NCBI RefSeq assembly: GCF_011386835.1
Contig: NC_088807.1
Location: forward strand, 25,482,001-25,546,000
DNA length: 64,000 nt
Direction: 5' to 3'
Origin: Chrysemys picta bellii
Taxonomy: Eukaryota
The position numbers and the translations under genes are program-made. The notes beneath the pieces were generated by a model, which made no database searches, had not been told where the DNA came from, and saw only the letters and a list, made by a program, of their open reading frames with translations. Positions 35,291 through 45,789 of the stretch are shown here, piece after piece (within the stretch, counting starts at the first letter, position 1; each line of letters starts with the position of its first letter).

Positions 35291-35614
35291 CGCTCCACCC
35301 ACCCCCCAGCTCCTCCTCCGGCCCAGACCCCTCCCGCTGCTCCTCCCCTTGGAGCTCCCCACAAGCTCCTCCCCCGTCCTCACGCTCCACCTCCGGCCCC
35401 TCCCACACCGCTCCTCCCCCTAACCACCCCCCCCCCAGCTTCCTCCCCCGGGCCCCCTCCCTCCCCCCATCGCTTCTCCCGCCCCAGCGGCCCCCCGTCC
35501 CTGGTAACATTGGTCCTATAACAGGTGCCCTTGGCCACCTGCAGCCCCCAGACCCTCCATAGTTCTCCCCTCGCCCCCATTCCGACCCACAGCCCCCCGC
35601 GAGCCCAGTGCCCC

Positions 35615-36590
35615 CCCTACAAACACCAGGACTCCTGGGTTCTCTGCCTGGCTCTGGGAGGGGAGTGGGGGCTGGTGGTTAGAGCAGGGGGGGCTAGGAG
35701 CCAGGACTCCTGGGTTCTCTCCCCGGCTCTGGGAGGGGAGTGGGGGCTGATGGTTAGAGCAGGGGGGAGCTGGGAGCCAGGACTCCTGGGTTCTCTCCCC
35801 GGCTCTGGGAGGGCAGTGGGGGCTGGTGGTTAGAGCAGGGGGGGGCTGGGAGCCAGGACTCCTGGGTTCTCTCCCCGGCTCTGGGAGGGCAGTGGGGGCT
35901 GGTAGGTTAGAGCAGGGGGGGCTGGGAGCCAGGACTCCTGGGTTCTCTGCCTGGCTCTGGGAGGGGAGTGGGGGCTGGTGGTTAGAGCTGGGGGGGCTGG
36001 GAGCCAGGACTCCTGGGTTCTCTCCCCGGCTCTGGGAGGGCAGTGGGGGCTGGTAGGTTAGAGCAGGGGGGGCTGGGAGCCAGGACTCCTGGGTTCTCTG
36101 CCTGGCTCTGGAGGGAGTGGGGGCTGGTGGTTAGAGCTGGGGGGGCTGGGAGCCAGGACTCCTGGGTTCGCTCCCCGGCTCTGGGAGGGCAGTGGGGGCC
36201 AGTGGTTAGAGCAGGGGGGGCTGGGAGCCAGGACTCCTGGGTTCGCTCCCCGGCTCTGGGAGGGCAGTGGGGGCCAGTGGTTAGAGCAGGGGGGGCTGGG
36301 AGCCAGGACTCCTGGGTTCGCTCCCCGGCTCTGGGAGGGGAGTGGGGGCTGGTGGTTAGAGCAGGGGGGGTGGGAGCCAGGACTCCTGGGTTCTCTGCCT
36401 GGCTCTGGGAGGGGAGTGGGGGCTGGTGGTTAGAGCTGGGGGGGCTGGGAGCCAGGACTCCTGGGTTCTCTCCCCGGCTCTGGGAGGGGAGTGGGGGCTG
36501 GTGGTTAGAGCGGGGGGGCTGGGAGCCAGGACTCCTGGGTTCTCTCCCCGGCTCTGGAGGGCAGTGGGGGCCAGTGGTTAGAGCGGGGGG
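35615..36590 (+). repeat. Largest cluster of a dispersed tandem-repeat family with a unit of about 75 bp
   Basis: Unit CTGGGAGCCAGGACTCCTGGGTTCTCTCCCCGGCTCTGGGAGGGGAGTGGGGGCTGGTGGTTAGAGCAGGGGGGG. Also in either orientation at about 6410, 8090, 10860-11240, 11425-11660, 12680-13050, 14445, 18680, 23880, 27165-27465, 30265, 38215, 38545 and in copy 2. Confidence 0.9.
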
Positions 36591-36834
36591 CCGGAGCTAG
36601 GCGCCGGGTCTCCCTGTATTTCTGGCTGGAGGGGGATTAGTGCTGACCTGGCCTGTGTGCCTGAAATGAGTGTTCTGCATCTCAGCCCCATTCCTCCCAA
36701 GGGGGGTGACTTCGGAGCCGGGGGCAGGGCTGGGGGGCTGGGATATAGAACCCAGGCATCCGGGGCTCAGCCTCTGGGCCCGTCCCTCCCCCGGCTGCAC
36801 CACGGGCCCTTCCCTCCCCCCCAGCCCTGTAGCG

Positions 36835-36900
36835 CCTGGTCTTATCTGTGGGCCTGGGCGGCTCCGTTATGGGTGGGGCTGGCGAGAGGGGGCCCAGGCC
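36835..36900 (+). promoter_or_regulatory. ALAS2 erythroid promoter elements (GATA and CACCC boxes)
   Basis: TTATCT (AGATAA on -) at 36842-36847 and GGGTGGGG at about 36871, just upstream of the IRE exon. Confidence 0.55.
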
Positions 36901-36928
36901 GCCTCTCGGGGGTGTCAGTTAGTGCTGG

Positions 36929-36955
36929 TTGTTCGTCCTCAGTGCAGGACAACAG
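36929..36955 (+). promoter_or_regulatory. Iron-responsive element in ALAS2 non-coding exon 1
   Basis: TTGTT-C-GTCCT-CAGTGC-AGGAC-AACAG: unpaired C (36934), 5-bp upper stem, CAGUGC loop (36940-36945) and paired lower stem. Splice donor CAG|GTAAC at 36956. Confidence 0.93.
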
Positions 36956-37399
36956 GTAACGGGGTCATCGGGGGGGGCATGAGGGGGTCAGTGGGGGAGC
37001 ATGGGGGTGGGGGACTCAGCTGGGGGGGCGGTTAGGAGGAAGGGGAGGCTGAGGAGGGCACGCTTTGGGGGGAGGCAATGAACCCTGGACGGGTTGGGGG
37101 GTTTCTGCTGGGGGGGGCCCAGCCAGCCTGGGGCCGTCAGCAGCCCGGAGACACCATACCTCAGCCCCATGGCTTCACCCCTCGAGCATGTTAGGGGGTC
37201 CTGCCTCTCGAGGGGGCACCGGCTCTGATCTGGCCCCATGGCAAGGAGGGGGCTGGCTCGGGGGGGGGCAGAGAATGGGGCCTGGACGGTGCTGCCCCCA
37301 TAAAATCCCATGGGCATTTGGGGCGTCATTCTTCTAGGGCCTCCCCTCTGCCCCCGTCCATCCATCACCCCCCCACACCGCAAACCCACCCATCCCCCA

Positions 37400-37438
37400 C
37401 AGCTGTGTTGGGTGGGCCCCCCCCCCGGCTCTTATCAG
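37400..37438 (+). promoter_or_regulatory. Candidate ALAS2 intron 1 GATA enhancer
   Basis: E-box CAGCTG (37400), GGGTGGG (about 37410) and TCTTATCAG (CTGATAAGA on -, 37430-37438) within 40 bp. Confidence 0.45.
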
Positions 37439-38027
37439 CCTCCAACAGACACAGCCCCACCCTGCCACCCTTCTCCGGGGTGTCCGACTGTCACACCACC
37501 TCACACTCAGTCCATAGAGACTGACGGGACGTGGACGGAGACGGGTCCCGTCCACCCACCCTCCAATCACGCTCGTTGGATGGTCCCCTCCCCACCTGTC
37601 CCCCTATTGTTACTCCTCTGGGACGGGGGTGGGGATCAGTCATTCGGGAGGAGTCTCCGGGGGGGGGGCACTCGGGAGGCTGGTCTGCTGGAAGGGGTCG
37701 ATTTCTGCCCGCTTGGATCTATTGGCAGACAGGTGCCTACTGGTGTGGCTGTACTGAGCCAAGGTGTCTCCCCCGCTTCCCATTTTCAGATTTGCCACAG
37801 GGGCCAATTCGGCCAACAGGCCAATCACATGCTTCAGGGCTCCCCAGGGTCAGGAAGGAAGTTCTCCACCACCGCCGTACCCCTCCAGGCACAACTGGCC
37901 AGCTGTATCTGCATGTTCCCCTCTCCCCCGAAGAGCTGGGAGGGGGTGGCGTGCTGCGGGTGGGCGTCCCGGATGCCTGGGTTCTTCATGCCCTTTCTCT
38001 CTCCCGGCAGCACCGCAATCCGGCACG

Positions 38028-38814
38028 ATGGCTTCCTTCCTCCAGCGTTGCCCCTTCCTGACCCGGGACCCCAGCGTCTTCTTGCTCAAAGCTCGCCCGC
38101 TCCTGGTGAGCAGCGCCCAGCGATGTCCTGTCATGGTAGCCCGGACCCTCATGGGCTCCTCCCCAGACCTGCAGAGGGGGACAGACAACCCCATCCCACT
38201 TGGTAAGCAGTGGGCGGGGCTGGGAGCCAGGACTCCTGGGTTCTCTCCCTGGCTCTGGGAGGGGAGTGGGGTCTAGTGGTTAGAGCAGGGGGAGGAGGGG
38301 CTGGGAGCCAGGACTCCTGGGTTCCCCATCCCTTTCACTTGGCTGTCTCTCCCCAGCAGTAGGATCTGTCCCCCAGGAGTCGGGGCCCCCAGAAGCAGCC
38401 TCCACCCCTTCCCAGACCCACTGCCCCTTCATGGAGTCGGAGGTGTGGGGCGGACGGAGCCGGATCGTTCAGCGCGCCGGGCCAGAGGTGCAGGAGGATG
38501 TGAAGGTCTACAGGGCAGGTGAGGACTGCTCTGACCTGGTCGGAGAACCCAGGAGTCCTGGTTCCCAGCCCCTCCCCTGCTCTAACCACTAGACCCCACT
38601 CCCCTCTCAGAGCCCGGGAGAGAACCCAGGTGTCCTGGCTCCCAGCCCCCCCTGCTCTAACCCACTCACCCCCCATCTCTGTACCCCTCCAGACCCCCTC
38701 AGCTCTCTGCTCCTCGAGGTCCAGTCCAGCCTCCGGAAGAAATTCCTGGGCCGTGACGGGCTGGGGCCCGATGCCCGCTCCTCCCCACCCACCTGCTCCA
38801 GGACAACATGCCAG
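38028..38814 (+). CDS. ALAS2: Erythroid 5-aminolevulinate synthase, N-terminal coding exons 2-4; remainder cut off by the gap
   Basis: 38028-38202 (MASFLQRCPFLTRDPSVFLLKARPLLVSSAQRCPVMVART...), 38357-38518 (...THCPFMESEVWGGRSRIVQRAGPEVQEDVKVYRA), 38693-38814 (DPLSSLLLEV...THLLQDNMP; needs one C added in the run at about 38783-38786). Three CP heme-regulatory motifs, the IRE and GATA sites indicate ALAS2 rather than ALAS1. Confidence 0.92.
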
Positions 38815-38835
38815 GTGAGGCCTGATATCGGGTGA

Positions 38836-39163
38836 CATAGAATCATAGAATATCAGGGTGGGAAGGGACCTCAGGAGGTATCTAGTCCCACCCCCTGCTC
38901 AAAGCAGGACCAACCCCAACTCAATCATCCCAGCCAGGGCTTTGTCAAGCCGGGCCTTAAAAACCTCCAAGGAAGGAGATTCCACCACCTCCCTAGGGAA
39001 CCCACCATTCCAGTGCTTCACCACCCTCCGAGTGAACCAACCTAGACCTCCCCCACTGCAACGTGAGACCATCGCTCCTTGTTCTGTCATCTGCCACCAC
39101 TGAGAACAGCCGAGCTCCATCCTCTTTGGAACCCCCCTCAGGTAGTTGAAGGCTGCTATCAAA
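38836..39163 (-). mobile_element. CR1 LINE 3' fragment (ALAS2 intron 4)
   Basis: CATAGAAT repeats on + (CR1 3' octamer tail) and ORF2 C-terminal remnant (...VVKHWNG..PREVVESPSLEVFKARLDKAL). Confidence 0.88.
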
Positions 39164-39980
39164 TCATAGATTCATAGATTCATAGACTTTAAGGTCAGAA
39201 GGGACCATTATGATCATCTGGTCTGACCCCCTGCACGAGGTCAGAAGGGACCATTATGATCATCTGGTCTGACCCCCTGCACGCTGCAGGCCATAAAACC
39301 GTCCCTACCCCTTCCCTGGACTCTGCTGCTGAAGTCCCCAATCCTGTTATTAGTGACCTCAATCGGCAGAGACCCTCCTGCTAGAGATCCCTGCCCCATG
39401 CTGCGGAGGAAGGCGAAAACCCTCCAGAGGCTCAGCCAATCTGCCCTGGAGGAAAATTCCTTCCCGACCCCAAATGTGGCGATCAGTAAGACCCCGAGCA
39501 TATAGGCAAGAGTCTCCAGCCTGACCCCTTTTAGTCATTATGCTATTTACCCACCATTGCTTGGCTTTCCTTGACTACTATGTTTTACCATTAAACCATT
39601 CCCTCCATAAACTTATCTAACTTAATCTTAAAACCAGACAGGTCCGTCGCCCCCACCGTTTCCCTCGGTAGGCCGTTCCAATATTTCACCCCTCTGACGG
39701 TCAGAAACCTTCGTCTAATTTCAAGCCTGAACTTCCCCACGGCCAGTTTATATCCATTCGTTCTCGTATCCACGTTAGTACTAAGCTGGAATAATTCATC
39801 TCCCTCCCTTGTATTAATCCCTCTAATATATTTAAAGATAGCAATCATATCCCCCCTCAGCCTTCGCTTTGTCAGACTAAACAACCCAAGCTCCTCTAGT
39901 CTCCTTTCGTACGACAGCTTTTCCATTCCTCTGATCATCCTAGTGGCCCTTCTCTGCACCCGTTCCAGTTTGAGTTCATC
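39164..39980 (-). mobile_element. Second CR1 LINE, 3' portion, truncated by the gap
   Basis: CATAGATT tail; ORF2 C-terminus LERVQRRATRMIRGMEKLSYERRLEELGLFSLTKRRLRGDMI...LDKFMEGMV open up to the gap. Confidence 0.92.
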
Positions 39981-40480
39981 NNNNNNNNNNNNNNNNNNNN
40001 NNNNNNNNNNNNNNNNNNNNNNNNNNNNNNNNNNNNNNNNNNNNNNNNNNNNNNNNNNNNNNNNNNNNNNNNNNNNNNNNNNNNNNNNNNNNNNNNNNNN
40101 NNNNNNNNNNNNNNNNNNNNNNNNNNNNNNNNNNNNNNNNNNNNNNNNNNNNNNNNNNNNNNNNNNNNNNNNNNNNNNNNNNNNNNNNNNNNNNNNNNNN
40201 NNNNNNNNNNNNNNNNNNNNNNNNNNNNNNNNNNNNNNNNNNNNNNNNNNNNNNNNNNNNNNNNNNNNNNNNNNNNNNNNNNNNNNNNNNNNNNNNNNNN
40301 NNNNNNNNNNNNNNNNNNNNNNNNNNNNNNNNNNNNNNNNNNNNNNNNNNNNNNNNNNNNNNNNNNNNNNNNNNNNNNNNNNNNNNNNNNNNNNNNNNNN
40401 NNNNNNNNNNNNNNNNNNNNNNNNNNNNNNNNNNNNNNNNNNNNNNNNNNNNNNNNNNNNNNNNNNNNNNNNNNNNNNNN
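39981..40480. other. Assembly gap (500 N)
   Basis: Run of exactly 500 N; sequence resumes inside the MAGIX last exon (equivalent to 4934). Confidence 1.
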
Positions 40481-40690
40481 GGAGGCCAGGAAGGGAGAGA
40501 GCGGGTCCCTCTCCCCCCAGAGGGAGCAGGTCTGGAGGGGCCTCTCGGAACCAGCCCTGGGCCCTGGCTGGTGCCCAGCAAGGAGCGCCTCTCACGGGCC
40601 CTGAGGGGCGTCTGCATGGGGGAGGCAGAGGACGACGAAGGGGGCAGCCTGGGGCGGGGCAAAGGCGGAGAGGTGAGAAGGAGGACCTAG
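40481..40690 (+). CDS. MAGIX: MAGIX last exon, 3' part, copy 2
   Basis: Matches 4934-5144 (...PGPWLVPSKERLSRAL...RRRT*), starting at the gap edge. Confidence 0.85.
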   Translation, partial: GGQEGRERVPLPPEGAGLEGPLGTSPGPWLVPSKERLSRALRGVCMGEAEDDEGGSLGRGKGGEVRRRT

Positions 40691-43600
40691 TCCAGCCCCG
40701 CCCAGCGCAGGATGTTCTCAGTGCCTGGGAGAGTCCACCCACCCCTCATCTGGATGTGCAATGGTACCTTCCATTCTCCTCACCACCCCTTCAACCAGGG
40801 CCCAGCTATGTAGTGGTACTCTCCACTCTTGTTCCCCTTCCCATTTTGACTAATGGTACTGTCTAATCTACTCAGAGTGGTACCTGCCATTTCTTCCCCC
40901 CCTCCCCCCATCAGCTATGCAGTGGTATAATCCTCTCCTGTCCCCTACCCTCTGGGTTGTGAAATGGTACCTTCCATTCGTCTTGTGTGTGTCTCCCCCC
41001 CCTGCCATTCAATGAATGGTACTTTCCTCTCTCCCCTCCCCCATTCACAATCTGCACTGATACCTTCTACTCTGCTGGTAACCTTCCCCCCCACTAGTCT
41101 GTGCAATGGTGCTGTCCACTAGTGCCCTCTTTGCAATGGTATTGTCCACTGGTAATTTTGCATACCCCATGTCAGGATTGCAATGGTATTGTCCACTCTA
41201 CCTTGCCAACACTCTTCACAGAGCCACACATGGACTGACCCATTCCATGGAGGGGGAGGAAATTGAGCTAATCCATTCCATCGTGGGGGGGGGGGAGAGC
41301 CTCTTCCTGCATAGAGCAATGTCCGATGGACTGATCCATAGGGGGTGGGAGCCACCACATGTGGCTTGATCCACTCCATCGATGGGGGAGTGTGTGAATG
41401 GGCCGATCCATTCCACCAAAAGGAGGGTGAGTGCTCTAGCACAGCTCAAAGACACACGCAGACTGATCCATTCCATGGGGGGGCGGAATGGACCCAACCA
41501 TTCCCTTGAGGTGGGAGAATCACCAAGGGCCAAACCATTTCATGGAGCAGGGAGAAATAGACCAATCCATTACAGGCTCACATGTGGACGGATCCATTCT
41601 GTGCGGCAGTGGGGGGGGGGAAATCACAGACTACCTATTCCATGGAGGGAGGAGGAATGGATCGAGGTGTGGGGGAGATGGGAAATGACTGGATCTGCTC
41701 CAGAAGGGGTCCTGTCCCAGGGGATGGGAGGTGTGTGTGTGTGTGTGTGGGGGGGGGGGTCACGGTCTCGCATTAAGATGCTGCAGTTGCCTTGGTTTCT
41801 GTCTCCATGGGGACAGTCTTTATTTAAAATGAACAGAAACTCTCTTCCCGGCAACGAATAAAAAGAAAAAACCCAAAGGGGTTTGTGGTTGTCGCCTGAG
41901 TCATTTCAGAAGCACAGAGAGCATCTGGAACATGCCCGTCTCGCCACAGAGCGAACCCAGGTGTCCTGGCTCCCAGCCCCCCTGCTCTAACCCCCAGATC
42001 CCACTCCCCTGCCTAGGGAGAACCCAGGAGTCCTGGTCCCCTGCCTCCCCTGCTCTATCCCCTAGACCCCACTCCCCACCCGGGGAGAGAACCCAGGATT
42101 CCTGGTTCCCAGCTCTAACCATTATCCCCATTCCCCCCCACCCCAAGCTAAGGATAGAACCCAGGACCCACCTCCCCCCATAACCCACCAGACTCTGCTC
42201 CCCTCCCAGCCCTGAAGAGGGATTTCCCCTCTGCTAGCTTCAGAGTCCCACCGCCTCCCTCGGCCCCTGCACGTTATCGACCACACAGACGTCTTCTCCT
42301 GGGAGCTGGATTCGCCCCCTCCAGGAGCTCTTCAACTTCGGAGCAGCCCCATCTCCCACTGAGCTCCGGGAGCCGCTTCTGGACCAGGTGCTCATTCGCC
42401 AATTAGCTGCCAACCACCTAGGTGGTTAATCACCTCCAGGTGAGTCCAGCTAGGTTCCCGCCGGTGCAGCATTGGTATGGACGCAGTGTCCTGGAGCACC
42501 TCCTGGTGGCCAGATCAAGGCTGGCAGCAGCCCCATAACTACTGGTGGTCCATGCAAGAGTTCCAGCCCAGTGCAGAAGGACGAACCCTCCTACCCGCCC
42601 TGGGCTCCGTCGACTTTTGCACTGCCTCAGGCGTCTCCTTGAGCCCAGCTGCCCAGTCCATGATCCTGGTCCCACTGTGGGTCTTCCCTGGAAGAGGAAA
42701 CTCCTGGTTAGACACCTACCGCCTTGGTCTCCTCCTACTGCACCTTGAACTCCTCTGTAGCCATGGCCTGGCCTGGAAACACCACGCCACTCAACTCCCC
42801 GCAGCCCTCCTGCAGCTCTTTATAGAGCACACATGACCCGGCCCCAGACGGCGCTTATCCCTGAGCAGGCCTCCGGCCTTTAAACGGGGCAGGGCCATTA
42901 CAGCCTCTTGGGGGAGCTGGTGGGGAAAAATGGTGGTGGGTGGAGAAAAATTAAAGATGAACATTGTTGTGTGCCGGGGAGGGGAGGGAAAATTGCCGGC
43001 AGTCAGGGGCTTGGGGGCCCGACGTCAGGACCAGAGATCAAAACGTGGGTCGCGTTGTGAGGCTGGAGCCAGGGTCGGACTCCAAGGCACAGTCAATCCC
43101 GGGAGTTCAGGAGCAGAGTCGGTCCCGGTAGTTCACAGAGGAGCCCCATTGTTGCCATGACATTAGTGGGATGCCCAGACCCTGCTGATAGCGCGGGAGG
43201 AGGAAGGAAACTGATCAGGGAGGGGAGTGTGGTCTAGTGGTAAAGCTGGGGTGGGGTGGGGGATGGGAGCCAGGATTCCTGGGTTCTCTCCCTGGCTCTG
43301 GGAGGGGAGTGGGGGCTGGTGGTTAGAGCAGGGGGGGCTGGGATCCTGGACTCCTGGGTTCTCTCCCTGGCTTTGGGAGGAGAGTGGGGTCCGGATTAAC
43401 CCCTGGAGCTGAGCTCAGATTCGGGCCCTGGCCCCCTTGCAGGCTGGGGGGACTCCGGCTTTGCCGCCCTGGGTGCTGTTTGCTCCCCCGTTTGGCGCGG
43501 CTATGCCCACTCTGGCTACTTCCTGCCGGGCTCTGCGAACACCGGGTGATGCAGCTGCTGGCACGACGCCCACGCGGGTCCCGCCCTGCACGGCACAGCC

Positions 43601-45789
43601 ACACCTGGGTCGGGGGGACAGGTGTCTCGGGGGGGGGGAGGTCTGGGTACAGCTGGATGGATAGAGGAGAGTGTGTGGAGATAGAGGGGGTGGGAGGATA
43701 GAGGGGAGTGGGGGGAAGGAGGGATGTGGGGGGGATGGGTGAGTGGCTAGTGGGGTGGGAAAAGGAGCGGTGGGGAGATGGGTGGGAGATAGAGGGGCGG
43801 AGGGATGGAGGGCTGTGGGGGGAAGGGGTGGGGAATAGAGGGGCAGGGGATAGAGGGGCAGAGGGATGGAGGGCTGTGGGGGGAAGGGGTGGGGGATGGG
43901 TGGGGGGATAGAGGGGCAGGGGATGGAGGGAGGTGGGGGGATAGAGGGGCAGAGGGATGTAGGGCTGTGGGGGGAAAGGGTGGGGGGGATAGAGGGGTGT
44001 GGGGGATGGGTGGGGGATAGAGGGGTGGGAGATAGAGGGGCAGGGGATGGAGGGCTGTGGGGGAAGGAGCGAGAAGGGGTGGGGGGAGGAGGGATGTGGG
44101 GAGGGGTGGGGGCTAGAGGGGCAGGGGATGGAGGGCTGTGGGGGAAGGAGCGGGAAGGGGTGGGGGGAGGAGGGATGTGGGGAGGGGTGGGGGCTAGAGG
44201 GGCAGGGGATGGAGGGCTGTGGGGGGAAGGAGCGGGAAGGGGTGGGGGGAGGAGGGATGTGGGGAGGGGTGGGGATAGAGGGGTGGGGGGAGGAGGGATG
44301 TGGGGAGGGTGAGAGATAGAGGGGCAGGGGATGGAGGGCTGTGGGGGGAAGGAGCGAGAAGGGGTGGGGGGAGGAGGGATGTGGGGAGGGGTGGGGGCTA
44401 GAGGGGCAGGGGATGGAGGGCTGTGGGGGGAAGGAGCGAGAAGGGGTGGGGGGAGGAGGGATGTGGGGAGGGGTGGGGATAGAGGGGTGGGGGGGTGGAT
44501 TGTGGGGGAAGGAGCGGGAAGGGGTGGGGGATAGAGGGGTGGGGGGGATGTGGGGAGGGGGAGGAGATAGAGGGGCAGGGGATGGAGGGCTGTGGGGGGA
44601 AGGAGCGGAAGGGGTGGGGGGAGGAGGGATGTGGGGAGGGTGAGAGATAGAGGGGCAGGGGGAGGAGGGATGTGGGGAGGGGTGGGGATAGAGGGGTGGG
44701 GGGGGATGTGGGGAGGGGGAGGAGATAGAGGGGCAGGGGATGGAGGGCTGTGGGGGGAAGGAGCGGGAAGGGGTGGGGGATAGAGGGGTGGGGGGAGGGA
44801 TGTGGGGAGGGGTGGGAGATAGAGGGGCAGGGGATGGAGGGCTGTGGGGGGAAGGAGCGAGAAGGGGTGGGGGGGAGGGATGTGGGGAGGGGTGGGAGAT
44901 AGAGGGGCAGGGGATGGAGGGCTGTGGGGGAAGGAGCGGGAAGGGGTGGGGGGAGGAGGGATGTGGGGAGGGGTGGGGGCTAGAGGGGCAGGGGATGGAG
45001 GGCTGTGGGGGGAAGGAGCGGGAAGGGGTGGGGGAGGAGGGATGTGGGGAGGGGTGGGGGCTAGAGGGGCAGGGGATGGAGGGCTGTGGGGGGAAGGAGC
45101 GGGAAGGGGTGGGGGGAGGAGGGATGTGGGGAGGGGTGGGGGCTAGAGGGGCAGGGGATGGAGGGCTGTGGGGGGAAGGAGCGGGAAGGGGTGGGGGGAG
45201 GAGGGATGTGGGGAGGGGGTGGGGGCTAGAGGGGCAGGGATGGAGGGCTGTGGGGGGAAGGAGCGGGAAGGGGTGGGGGGAGGAGGGATGTGGGGAGGGG
45301 TGGGGGCTAGAGGGCAGGGGATGGAGGGCTGTGGGGGGAAGGAGCGGGAAGGGGTGGGGGATCGAGGGGCGGAGAAGGGAAGGGGGGAGATACGGACACA
45401 AGCAGGGGGGTGACTAGATCCCTTCTCTGTCCCGTCTAAGCCATTTGTAAAGCACAGAGCCGGCGGGGGGGGGGGGGTCCAGGTGCGCCCCTCCCTCCCT
45501 CTGGCTTCCTCTGTTATTTGTCCCCAGCGCCCCATAACCAGCGGGGCTTCTCCCCTGGGCCCCCCACACCTCCTAACCCGCCAGCGCCACCTTAACCGGG
45601 CTCCGGCGCCCTCCGATGCCACCTTAACCGGGCTCCGGCGCCGCTCCCCACCCAATGCTCCCCCCGGCTCCTCTTAAAGGGCCAGCCCCGCCCACCCCCC
45701 CGCGCCCCGCCCGGCCCCGCCCTGCCCTGTCGGCTGCCCGCGTTGACAGTCGCTTGACAGCCGGAGCCGACTGGGGGTTCTCCGGGGCC

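Noticed and set aside
31676-35562. 600+ aa Pro/Arg/Gly collagen-like ORFs
   Set aside because: Products of the 50-bp and 48-bp VNTRs; only 34503-34544 is coding.
38028-38814. ALAS1 assignment
   Set aside because: The N-terminus resembles ALAS1, but the 5' IRE, GATA/CACCC promoter and HCPFM...PEVQEDVK segment fit ALAS2.
39591-40866. ORFs joining CR1 ORF2 to MAGIX sequence
   Set aside because: Artefacts of translating across the 500-N gap.
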